Of a stretch of DNA of 64,000 bases, positions 46,862-55,766 are shown piece after piece. Each line of letters begins with the position of its first letter. Positions within the stretch are counted from its first letter, which is position 1. Source of the DNA: Vulcanimicrobiota bacterium (lineage in GTDB: Bacteria; Vulcanimicrobiota; Xenobia; Xenobiales; JADMJV01); assembly GCA_050250895.1 (NCBI GenBank), contig JBFWNU010000001.1, positions 3,186,981-3,250,980 on the forward strand, read 5' to 3'. A program made the position numbers and the translations under genes. The notes under the pieces were generated by a model. The model was not told the DNA's origin and did not search any database. It was given only the letters and a program-made list of their open reading frames with translations.

Positions 46862-47242
46862 TCAGCGTTTCTTCTTCTTCGGCGGCTTGGGTGGCCCGAA
46901 CAGGTTCTCGAGCATGGCTCGCTCGTCTTCGGCGCTGGCCTCGAGGTCGTCGAGCAAGCCGGCCATGGCCGAGCGTTGGCGAGTGGCCTCGGCCCGTTCG
47001 GCGGCGAAAAGATCGGGCGGTGGGGGCTCGAGGTCGGGGTTTTCGGGAGGCAGTTCGAGCAGGCTCTCGAGGTGGTCGCGCTGGGCGCTCAGGTTCGAGC
47101 CGGCGTCGCCGAGGGCGCCGAGCAGGGCGGCCTCTTTTTCGCGCTGGTCCTTGAGCGCCTCGTTGATCCAGTCTTCGGTGCCCGACTTCTTGAGTTGGCG
47201 CCGGCTGGGCGGGTTGCCGTAGGGATCGCGTTTCTTGGCCAT
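46862..47242 (-). CDS. Hypothetical protein
   Basis: GGAGG RBS then MAKKRDPYGNPP; basic termini, helical acidic core. Confidence 0.65.
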   Translation of the reverse strand: MAKKRDPYGNPPSRRQLKKSGTEDWINEALKDQREKEAALLGALGDAGSNLSAQRDHLESLLELPPENPDLEPPPPDLFAAERAEATRQRSAMAGLLDDLEASAEDERAMLENLFGPPKPPKKKKR

Positions 47243-47339
47243 AATGCCTCCCTCTACTTCTACTCTTGCAGAGTTAGGCACTCGGTCGCCCGGGGCCTGC
47301 ATGAGGGGGAGGCCCCCGGCCCGGCACGAACCTGGCTGC

Positions 47340-49577
47340 ATGTCATGGTTAATCTGCCTGTTGGCGCTGGGTTGGTGGTGGTGGAAATCGTTGCTGCCGC
47401 CCTGGGAGGGCGAACTGAAAGTAGCCGGCCTGACCGAGCCGGTCGAGATCGTGCGCGATGCCTTCGGCGTGCCTCACATCCGAGCCACCTCGATTGCTGA
47501 CGCAGTTCTGGCCCAAGGTTTCGTGCACGCCCAGGACCGCCTCTGGCAGATGGAGCTCAACCGTCTGGTGGGAGCGGGTCGGATGTCCGAGTTATTCGGT
47601 CGGCGGGCGCTGGCGGTGGACCGGTTCCAACGCCGGTTCGGTGCGGCTCGTGCTGCTCGCACCGACCTGGGCGTGCTTTCGGATGAAGAACAGGCGGTGC
47701 TGGAGGCCTATTGCGCCGGGGTCAACGCGGCCATCGCCGAGCGAGGATGGAAGCTGCCGCTCGAGTTCTGGCTGAGCTGGCACAAGCCGGCCCCCTGGCA
47801 GCCCATCGACTGCCTCACCTGGATCTATGTGATGGCCTCGGACCTTTGCTCGAACTGGGAACAAGAGCTGCTCCGCGGGCGGCTGCTGGCTGCGGTGGGG
47901 GCGGAGCGGGCCTGGGAACTTCACCTTATAGAGCAAGAGGCCGTGACCACCTTGCCACCGGGCGGCAGAGTCACTCTGTACGAGGGTTTGGCCGATCTCT
48001 ATCGCGAGGCTCGCCTGTATATGCCCAACGGAGGCCTGCCCGGGGGCAGCAACGCCTGGGTGGTGGCCGGGCGCAAGAGCCAGAGCGGCAGTCCGCTGGT
48101 GGCCAGCGACCCCCATCTGGTCGGGCGCTTGCCTTCGGTGTGGCACGAGGCTCACCTCGAGGCTCCCGGGCTCAAGGTCTTCGGCGCCAGTCTGCCGGGA
48201 GTGCCGCTGGTGATCGTCGGCCACAACGACCAGGTGGCCTGGGGAGTAACCAACTCCTTCGCCGATGTCGAGGACCTCTATCTCGAAGAGCTGGATGGCG
48301 ACCGCTATCGCATCGGTTCGAGCTGGCTCGATTGCGGAGTGGTCGAGGAAGTGATCAAAGTGCGCGGCGGTCCATCTCGGATAGAGCGGGTGACCCTGAC
48401 CCGTCACGGTCCCCTGCTCTATCGTGAGGGCGATCAGGGGCTGGCCCTGCGCTGGGTGGCTTACGACTCTGCTCACCCCATTGCCACTTTGTTGGCCATG
48501 AATCGAGCGCCCAATGCCGAGGCGTTCTACCAGGCCCTGAAAGGGTGGCACGCCCCCTCGCTCAACGTGGTCTTTGGCGACCGCAGCGGCACCATCGGGT
48601 ACTCGATGGTGGGCACCGTTCCCGTGCGGGCCAGGGGCACGGGACTGGCTCCGGTGCCCGGTGGCGACGGCGAGTATGAATGGGTAGGAACGATTCCGTT
48701 CGAAGAGCTGCCCCACGCTTTCAATCCCGAGACGGGTTATCTCGTCACCGCCAACAACCCGGTGCTCAGTCGCCACGGTCATCACTTGAGTTGGGACTTT
48801 ATGGGGTCATCGCGGGCGGGTCGTATCGAAGAGCTGTTGCTGGCCAAAGAGCGGCTCGACGCCGCGGACTTTGCGGCCATCCAGACCGATACCGTCTCGC
48901 TTCATGCCCGCCGCTTTGCGGCCGCGCTCCCCCGGTTCGAGACCTCTCACGGCGAGGCCCTCGAGCTGCTCCAGGGATGGGACGGCGACTGCCGCGCCGA
49001 CAGCCGGGCGGCTGCTCTTTATCAAGTCTGGCTGCTCAGGCTGATGGACGCCTTGTTGGGCGAGCTTGACCCCAAGTTGCGTCGCGATCTGCTGGGTGCT
49101 TCCGAGAACCCGCTGAGTGTCATGGCCGGCCACACCGGACGCTACACCGGCTGGGTGGTCGACCTGCTCGAACGAGGACGGGTCGAGCCTCGCGTGTTGC
49201 AAGAGAGCCTCGATCAGGCGATGGCCGAGTTGGGCACCGTTCCTACCTGGGGCAGCCTGCACCGTTTGTGCTTTCGGCATGCCTTCAATCTGACTTTTCT
49301 CAACGGCCCCGAGGTGGGTATCGGCGGCGATACCGACACTCCCATGCAGAGCGCGGTGACCCCGATGAAGCCGTACCACGCCCAGAGCTGGTGTCCATCC
49401 TGGCGGCAGGTGGTGGATCTGGCCGACCCCTGGGCCGGACGCTCGGTCCTTCCCACCGGTCAGAGCGGCCATCGCGGCAGCCCTCACTACCTCGACCAAT
49501 TTCCGCTCTGGCTCGAGGGTCGCCTGCGGCCTCACCCCAAGGGGGATGGCAAACGGCTGCGTCTGTCCAACCGTTGA
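47340..49577 (+). CDS. Penicillin acylase family (Ntn hydrolase, S45)
   Basis: RDAFGVPHI, AQDRLWQMEL, GSNAWVV, SDPHL, GQSGH...PHYLDQ. Confidence 0.92.
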   Translation: MSWLICLLALGWWWWKSLLPPWEGELKVAGLTEPVEIVRDAFGVPHIRATSIADAVLAQGFVHAQDRLWQMELNRLVGAGRMSELFGRRALAVDRFQRRFGAARAARTDLGVLSDEEQAVLEAYCAGVNAAIAERGWKLPLEFWLSWHKPAPWQPIDCLTWIYVMASDLCSNWEQELLRGRLLAAVGAERAWELHLIEQEAVTTLPPGGRVTLYEGLADLYREARLYMPNGGLPGGSNAWVVAGRKSQSGSPLVASDPHLVGRLPSVWHEAHLEAPGLKVFGASLPGVPLVIVGHNDQVAWGVTNSFADVEDLYLEELDGDRYRIGSSWLDCGVVEEVIKVRGGPSRIERVTLTRHGPLLYREGDQGLALRWVAYDSAHPIATLLAMNRAPNAEAFYQALKGWHAPSLNVVFGDRSGTIGYSMVGTVPVRARGTGLAPVPGGDGEYEWVGTIPFEELPHAFNPETGYLVTANNPVLSRHGHHLSWDFMGSSRAGRIEELLLAKERLDAADFAAIQTDTVSLHARRFAAALPRFETSHGEALELLQGWDGDCRADSRAAALYQVWLLRLMDALLGELDPKLRRDLLGASENPLSVMAGHTGRYTGWVVDLLERGRVEPRVLQESLDQAMAELGTVPTWGSLHRLCFRHAFNLTFLNGPEVGIGGDTDTPMQSAVTPMKPYHAQSWCPSWRQVVDLADPWAGRSVLPTGQSGHRGSPHYLDQFPLWLEGRLRPHPKGDGKRLRLSNR

Positions 49578-49658
49578 CATTTCGTCAAAGGCCCGGTCAT
49601 GTCGCTGCTCTAGACTGGCCGGGTCCAGCGTGCTCTCGTTCCCGAGAGGAAGATAAGC

Positions 49659-50639
49659 ATGATTCACCTTCATCCCCAGATCCGTGGTCGTCTCAGCGTC
49701 GTGGCCGAAGGCAAGGTCGGCAGTCCTGATCTGTCGGGCGACGGTCGTTCGGTCGTTTTCAACGAGTATGTCAACGGCAACGAAGACGTCCGCCTGAGTC
49801 GCGACGGCCAGGTCAGCGAACTCAGCAGCGACCCCCGGGCCGAGATTCATCCCTCGGTTTCTCGCGATGGCTCGACGGTCGTCTGGAATCGCTTCAGCTC
49901 GACCGATTTCACCGACCCCGACGCCAGTTGGGACGTGGTCGGCCTGCGCAACGGTCAGCCCGTGGTCGTGTCCGAGCGCAGCAGTAACGAGATGTCTCCC
50001 GACCTTTCGGCCGACGGCCAGCTGGCGGTGTGGGACGAGAACATCGGCGGCGGTCGCTACGACCGCAATATCCAGCGTTGGAACGGAACCGCCTGCGCGC
50101 CGATTACCGAGGGCGAAGGCACCAACATGTATCCCAGGGTCTCGCCCGACGGCAGCCGGGTGGTCTGGCGGCGCTTTGAAGACGGCAAGGCCAGCCTCTG
50201 GCTGCAAGATCAGGCTGGCGCGGTGAAGCCATTTCTCGAAAACGAACATGGCATCTTCGGAGTGGCCCTCGACGAGCACGGGCAGAACGTGGCCTTTTGC
50301 GCCGGTGGCGAACAAGACAAGGATCTCTTTCTCTATCACGAGCCCTCGGGAACCATGACCCTGGTGGCCGGCGAGCGGGGCGTGGACGAAGAGGCTCCGG
50401 CCATCTCTTGCGACGCCCAGACCCTGGCTTTCGAGCACTGGGACTGGCGCGGGGGGACCCCGGCCAAGGTCAACATCTATCTCAAGCAGGCGGCCGGCGA
50501 AGCGCGCCAGGTGACCCTGGCTGACGATGGTCTCAACATGGGGCCGGTTCTTTCGGCTGATGGCAAGACCCTGGTCTGGACCTGGGTCGACGCCAAGGAT
50601 GTCGACCATCGAAAAATTCTGAAGCTCGAACTGGAGTAG
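49659..50639 (+). CDS. TolB-like/PD40 beta-propeller protein
   Basis: Repeated P-x-(L/V/I)S-x-DG-xx-VVW blades. Confidence 0.75.
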   Translation: MIHLHPQIRGRLSVVAEGKVGSPDLSGDGRSVVFNEYVNGNEDVRLSRDGQVSELSSDPRAEIHPSVSRDGSTVVWNRFSSTDFTDPDASWDVVGLRNGQPVVVSERSSNEMSPDLSADGQLAVWDENIGGGRYDRNIQRWNGTACAPITEGEGTNMYPRVSPDGSRVVWRRFEDGKASLWLQDQAGAVKPFLENEHGIFGVALDEHGQNVAFCAGGEQDKDLFLYHEPSGTMTLVAGERGVDEEAPAISCDAQTLAFEHWDWRGGTPAKVNIYLKQAAGEARQVTLADDGLNMGPVLSADGKTLVWTWVDAKDVDHRKILKLELE

Positions 50640-50640
50640 C

Positions 50641-51195
50641 TTGTCTTCGACGGTCCATATCCAAACCGAGCTTTTCGAGTTCTGGGATGGGACCTGGACC
50701 GGCCGGGTGATCGAGTTCGCCAACGGGGTGGCCAAAGTGGACATCGCCGGCGAGACTTTCGACGTTCACATGGAGCAGGCGTTTCCCAACCAGACCGCCA
50801 GCGGCGTGTGGCTGCGCTCGGCCTCCAAGCCTCGCTTTCCGGTGGTCGACCCCGAACCACCGGGGCGTAACCTGACCACCTGGCTGGTGGCGGTGCTGGC
50901 CGAGCGCGGCATCAACGTCGGAGAAGCCGAGACCGAGGCCGACTATTGGGGCTTTCGCGCCTATCAGGGCCGCGAGGACGCCCTGGTCACGGTGCACGCG
51001 CTGGGCCCGGCCGAGTGGGAGATCCACCTCCACCACCAACCCGGCTGCAACCCTTTCGCCTGGCTGGTCAGCAGCGAACTCGAGCTGTTCGAAAAGCTGT
51101 GGCGCGGGCTGCTCGAGAGCGTCACACTCACCGATGGCATCCGGGTCGTCCCCCGCCCTGGCCAGGAGGTCCCGCCCCCCGGCCAGGACGACTAA
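50641..51195 (+). CDS. Hypothetical protein
   Basis: 184-aa ORF immediately after previous stop. Confidence 0.55.
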   Translation: MSSTVHIQTELFEFWDGTWTGRVIEFANGVAKVDIAGETFDVHMEQAFPNQTASGVWLRSASKPRFPVVDPEPPGRNLTTWLVAVLAERGINVGEAETEADYWGFRAYQGREDALVTVHALGPAEWEIHLHHQPGCNPFAWLVSSELELFEKLWRGLLESVTLTDGIRVVPRPGQEVPPPGQDD

Positions 51196-51259
51196 TGTTG
51201 GTCGACGCCGCTGGGTCGTTTTCGCTTTCACCACGTCAAACGCGAGTTCTTCTGGGGCT

Positions 51260-51460
51260 ACTCCCGGCGGCATCAGGCGATTTAGCGAAGACCTCGATTT
51301 TGCCTTGGAGCGTCCAGAACTGGGCTTCTCGCTGCGACAGGCCGTCCTCGCCATCAGGCGCCGGCTCGAGCAAGAAGCTTACCAGGTGGAACTCAAGCTC
51401 AGTGAGCGGCGAGGTTTTTAGCGCCTTTGTGCGCCTGCCGGGCCTCCTCCACAGCTAAAT
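51260..51460 (+). pseudogene. Remnant of AbiEii-type nucleotidyltransferase toxin
   Basis: GIRRFSEDLDFAL motif, then stop/frameshift (SAFVRLPGLL in another frame); no intact N-terminus. Confidence 0.6.
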
Positions 51461-51607
51461 CCCACCAATTGGCGAAGGGTGGTGAGAGACCGTCTGGCAA
51501 CGCAGGACCTCGAGCAGGCCAGCGACGATGTCCGACCCTTCCTCCAAGACCCGAAGGAGTTAGAGTGGCTGAATCTCGCTTCCCTAACCAGGCTCCTGAG
51601 GCGCTGA

Positions 51608-52603
51608 TCAGGGGGTCAACTCTATCACGGTTTGTTGTTGGTCTTTGAGCAGCAAACGCTGGCCTTCGAAGGCGAAGCCGGTGACGTTACCCAGTGCTGT
51701 CAGGAGCGCGGCCTCAGCTTTCATGGCCTCGGGTGAGCCGGCCATTTTGGTGGTAACCAGCGGCGGAATCGTCATGAAGTGGCCCGCGGTCTGGTAGGAG
51801 CCCGACAGCTGGTTGACGCCGGTGGTGCCGGTCAAGAATCCGTTATCGTCAAAGGTCAGCTCGATGGTCCCGCCCACGGGTTGGCCATCGATGGTCACGA
51901 CTCGCCATTGGCCGGGAAGCCGGGCGCCCGGGTCGAGGCGCTCCGAGAGCAGGCCCGACAGGGCGATGTAGGCCACCGTGACCTCGGAAGTGCCGGCCAC
52001 GTAGGGGGCCACCTGATAGGGCGGAAAGATCACGTGAACGCCATCCTGTTCGGCCCAGGTCAGGGTCAGGTTATCGGTCGTGGGCAAGGTGCCGCGCAGT
52101 ACCCAATCAGGATTCTGAGCCAGACCTTCCTTCTTGAGCAACTCCTGGCGGCACACCCGAGCCAGGACCGACAAGCCCTGGCGCGAGCGAAAGAGGTCTT
52201 CGACGCTCAGCTTGCGGCCGCTGGCCGGATCGACATGGAGCATATAGTAGACCGGGTTGCCGTGGGCTCCTCCTGAATACTCATCACCGCTGAAAAGCAG
52301 GCTCAGAAGCTGATCGCTCTGGTGAGCTACGGCGAAGTCGACCTGCAAAGTGAGGGTGAGATCGGCCCGCAGGTCGGCCTTGATGTCCTGGTAGTGCTCC
52401 AGAAACTCGGCCACCATCTGCTCGGCCCGGGACCTGGCCTGGCGGTTGAACTCGGCCGGCAGGCCGTCGATGACCGGATAGGCGACGGAGACATCCAGGC
52501 CGGGCTGCTGGCGAACGATGGTCTGTTTGCCGATCTGCAAGTCGCGGGCAGTGGCGGGAGCGAGCAGCACGAGCAGGCTCAACAACAAGGTCTTGATCTT
52601 CAT
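51608..52603 (-). CDS. Secreted RsiV/DUF3298-like protein with C-terminal META domain
   Basis: Signal peptide; YSGGAHG, FPPYQVAPYVAG; GTTGVNQLSGSY...TTKMA. Confidence 0.8.
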   Translation of the reverse strand: MKIKTLLLSLLVLLAPATARDLQIGKQTIVRQQPGLDVSVAYPVIDGLPAEFNRQARSRAEQMVAEFLEHYQDIKADLRADLTLTLQVDFAVAHQSDQLLSLLFSGDEYSGGAHGNPVYYMLHVDPASGRKLSVEDLFRSRQGLSVLARVCRQELLKKEGLAQNPDWVLRGTLPTTDNLTLTWAEQDGVHVIFPPYQVAPYVAGTSEVTVAYIALSGLLSERLDPGARLPGQWRVVTIDGQPVGGTIELTFDDNGFLTGTTGVNQLSGSYQTAGHFMTIPPLVTTKMAGSPEAMKAEAALLTALGNVTGFAFEGQRLLLKDQQQTVIELTP

Positions 52604-52630
52604 GGCCGCCCGATTCGGGCTACCGGCTGG

Positions 52631-53153
52631 TCAGCCTGCCTGGCACCGCGGGCAGAAGAAAAGGTCACGGCCTGCCATCTTCTTGACAGCGATCTCGCTG
52701 CGTAGATAGGGCCTATGAGGGATTAAAAGTAGCATTCCGGGCTCTGAGGCGCCCCTGTGGCAAGGCGCGTCTGACCGCGCATATCGGCAATATGTAAGGG
52801 AAGCGCAACACAGCCACAGGGGATGGAGCAGCGCCCCGAATGCACGAGTCATTTCCTGACAGGCCCATAGTTGCCCGGCCCGGCCAGAAAGCTCTGGTCG
52901 AGATAGAGCGCGCCACTTGGCGGCGCCGAAACTGTGGCTCCAGCAAACGGTGGCGCACGGCCGCGGGCTCGAGCCGGGGTCGGATCAGGAGCGCTTTGCC
53001 GCGACTGGTCACTTGCTCGACGGTTTGGCCTGGCCACTGTTCTTCATGGCCGGCCAGGGGCGGATAGGGCAGCTCGACGCGCGTCAGGCGGCGGCCTTCG
53101 ATAGCCGCCGCCACCGCGTCGGCGGCGCGCTTGGTGTCTGGTCCCTCGGGCAT
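52631..53153 (-). pseudogene. nei: Fpg/Nei (endonuclease VIII-like) glycosylase pseudogene
   Basis: MPEGP start, SRGKALLI, LYLDQSFLAGPGNY|LRSEI split by MITE, FCPRCQ end; frameshift and internal deletions. Confidence 0.85.
52709..52866. mobile_element. 158-bp MITE with imperfect terminal inverted repeats and 3-bp target duplication
   Basis: Ends GGGCCTATGAGGGATTAA / revcomp GGGCCTGTCAGGAAATGA; ATA at 52706-52708 and 52867-52869; removal restores GNYLRSEI. Confidence 0.85.
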
Positions 53154-53190
53154 GCGGACCGTTCGACCCGCCCGCCCGTGGGTCTTTCCC

Positions 53191-53802
53191 CTAGTCGAAG
53201 ACGCGGTAGTCGCGGAAGACGTTGCCGAAAATGTCGCTGCGCAGCTGATAGTGGCCGCTACCGTCGTTGACGTGACCTTGGCGGTCGAAGCGGTGGAACT
53301 GACCATCGATGCCCCAACCGTTGCGGAACGGGCCAGCGTGGCCCGGGAAGTGGGGACCGCCAGGGTAGTGTGGGCCTCCGGGGTAGTGCGGGTTCGGAAA
53401 GTGAGGGCCGGGAATGCGATGGCCGTGGCCGCCGCGGTGACCCCAGCCGCCGTCGTGACGACCCCAGCCCCCATGGCCCCGGCCGTGGTGATGACCGTCG
53501 CGGACCGTCACACCCCAACCGTCGGAGCCGACGTGGATGCCGACCGAAGTCTGGGCCTGAGCGGGAGTCGCGATGGCGCCGATGGCGGCCAGGCCTGCCA
53601 GGCCCGCCAGCACGGCCGTGCCGGTCTTGACCCAGCTCGTGCTGCGGGTGGTAGGGGTGCTCGATTCTTGGAATTGGGGCGCGTCGGTCGCGCTGATCTC
53701 GACCGTATCGCTAGCCTGAGCCGGCGGGGCGGCCTTGGCGGTGGGCGTGGCGCCGGACCGGGCCACGGCGGAAAACTGAATAGGCGTAGTGGAAATGTTC
53801 AT
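53191..53802 (-). CDS. His/Gly/Pro-rich protein with disordered leader and internal signal-like helix
   Basis: AGGAGG RBS; ASDTVEIS; hydrophobic helix ending TPAQA; HGGWG and GPH(F/Y)P repeats. Confidence 0.75.
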   Translation of the reverse strand: MNISTTPIQFSAVARSGATPTAKAAPPAQASDTVEISATDAPQFQESSTPTTRSTSWVKTGTAVLAGLAGLAAIGAIATPAQAQTSVGIHVGSDGWGVTVRDGHHHGRGHGGWGRHDGGWGHRGGHGHRIPGPHFPNPHYPGGPHYPGGPHFPGHAGPFRNGWGIDGQFHRFDRQGHVNDGSGHYQLRSDIFGNVFRDYRVFD

Positions 53803-53951
53803 GGTTCGGACCTCCTGTTGAGTAGATTTTCGCGCGCCAGACCCGGTCAGTTCAAGACCCTCGGCCGGCCGATTGCGACCGATTGTGAGCCGGCAACAAG
53901 CCGGTTACAGTTTGGACAGGATCGGGGTCGGTCTACGCACAACTGCGGGCC

Positions 53952-55766
53952 ATGGCCGAACCACAGACCACGACCTTTTTGATTCTGGCGGTCACGGTGC
54001 TGCTCTTTCTCACCGATTGGCTGCGCCTCGACATCGTGGCTTTGTTGTGTCTGTTGGCTTTGCTACTCACGGGCGTGCTCACCACCGACGAGGCTCTGGC
54101 CGGCTTTGCTGACCCCCTGGTGGTGATTCTGGCCAGCCTGTTCGTGATTGGCGGGGCTCTTTCTCACACCGGCGTGGCCGACCGTTTGGGCGGTCTGTTG
54201 GCCGGTCTCGGTTCGCGCGGGCCTCGCGCTCTGGTGGTGGCAGTCATGGGCCTGGCTGCCTTGCTATCAGCCTTCATGAGTTCCACCGGGACGGTGGCCG
54301 TGCTGATTCCCTCGGTCGCCCGCAGCGCCTCAGTGGCCCGGGTGCCGGTGGCCAAGCTACTGATGCCGCTGGCGTTCGGCTGCCTGGTGGGGGGCTTGCT
54401 GACCTTGATCGGAACGGCTCCCAACCTGGTCGTCGATCAGGCTTTGCGCGAGGCGGGTCTGCCCGGGCTAGGCTTTTTCGGGCTGACCCCCATCGGCTTG
54501 TTGGTGCTGGCCGTGACCGTCGCTTACATGGCCTGGCCGGGTCAGGCTCTGCTATTCGAGCGGGGACTGGCTACCTTGGATGAGGGCGGCGAGGGCCTCG
54601 CCCTGGAAGAGTTGGTGGCCGAATATCGGCTGGCCGATGAGCTGTTCCATCTGGTGATCCGCCCCGGCTCGCCCCTCATCGGACGCAATTTGCGCCAGGC
54701 CCGAGTGCGCAGCCAGTGGCAGGTCAATGTGGTGGCCATCGAGGGCGAATCGGTGGGCGAACCGGACCCCGATCAGGTCTTGAGTCTGACCAACATCCTC
54801 CATGTCCAGGGCGAACCGGTCCAGGTGCGACGTTTTGCTCGCTGGGCCCGACTGGGAGTGGCCCGCGCCCCCGAACAGCGCGAGGTGCTGGCCGAGTTGG
54901 GATTGGCCGAGGTGCTGTTGCCTCCTCGCTCGCGCCTGCTGGGAAAGAACCTGCGCGAGATCGGGTTCTTCGACCAGTTCGGTGTGACCGTGGTGGCCAT
55001 CGCCCGCCTGGGCAAGATGCTGCCTGCTCAGCAACTATCCGAGGTCAAACTTCGCTTCGGAGACACCCTGCTGGTGGAAGGCGCCTGGGGTAAACTGGCT
55101 CAGCTCGAGCGCCAGCGCGAGGCGTTCGTGGTGCTGGGTCTGCCTCGCGAATTGACCCGAACGGCCGGCGGCGATCCGCGCAGGGCCTGGCTGATGGTGG
55201 CCCTGGTGGTGACCATGCTGGTGGTGCTGACGGCCGGCTGGTTGCCGATGGTGACGGCGGTTTTATTAGTGGCGGTGCTGGCCATCCTGACCGGCTGCAT
55301 CGACCCCGAGACCTCGTATCGCTCGATTAGCTGGGAGAGCCTGGTGCTGGTAGCGGCCATGCTTCCCACGGCCACCGCCCTCGAGAAGACCGGCGGAGTC
55401 AAGCTGCTGGCCGAGGGCCTGGTGAACGGGGTGGGTCCCTACGGCCCCTACGCCCTGCTGGCCGCCCTCTTCCTGGTGACGGCCCTGCTGAGCCAGTTCA
55501 TCTCCAACACCGCCACCACCGTGGTCATCGCTCCCATTGCGCTGGCCGCCTGTTCGGGCTTGGGGCTGACGGCGACGCCGTTCGTAGTGACGGTGGCGGT
55601 GGCTGCTTCAGCGGCTTTTGCCACTCCCATCGCCTCACCCGTCAACACTCTGGTGCTCACCCCCGGCGGTTATCGGTTTGCCGACTTCGTCAAGGTGGGA
55701 TTGCCGCTGCAATTGCTGGTGATGGTGGTGTGCCTGCTGGTCATCCCTCGCCTCTATCCGTTTTAG
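53952..55766 (+). CDS. SLC13/CitMHS permease with two TrkA-C domains
   Basis: SAFMSST, TLIGTAPNL, FISNTAT, PGGYRFADF. Confidence 0.9.
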   Translation: MAEPQTTTFLILAVTVLLFLTDWLRLDIVALLCLLALLLTGVLTTDEALAGFADPLVVILASLFVIGGALSHTGVADRLGGLLAGLGSRGPRALVVAVMGLAALLSAFMSSTGTVAVLIPSVARSASVARVPVAKLLMPLAFGCLVGGLLTLIGTAPNLVVDQALREAGLPGLGFFGLTPIGLLVLAVTVAYMAWPGQALLFERGLATLDEGGEGLALEELVAEYRLADELFHLVIRPGSPLIGRNLRQARVRSQWQVNVVAIEGESVGEPDPDQVLSLTNILHVQGEPVQVRRFARWARLGVARAPEQREVLAELGLAEVLLPPRSRLLGKNLREIGFFDQFGVTVVAIARLGKMLPAQQLSEVKLRFGDTLLVEGAWGKLAQLERQREAFVVLGLPRELTRTAGGDPRRAWLMVALVVTMLVVLTAGWLPMVTAVLLVAVLAILTGCIDPETSYRSISWESLVLVAAMLPTATALEKTGGVKLLAEGLVNGVGPYGPYALLAALFLVTALLSQFISNTATTVVIAPIALAACSGLGLTATPFVVTVAVAASAAFATPIASPVNTLVLTPGGYRFADFVKVGLPLQLLVMVVCLLVIPRLYPF

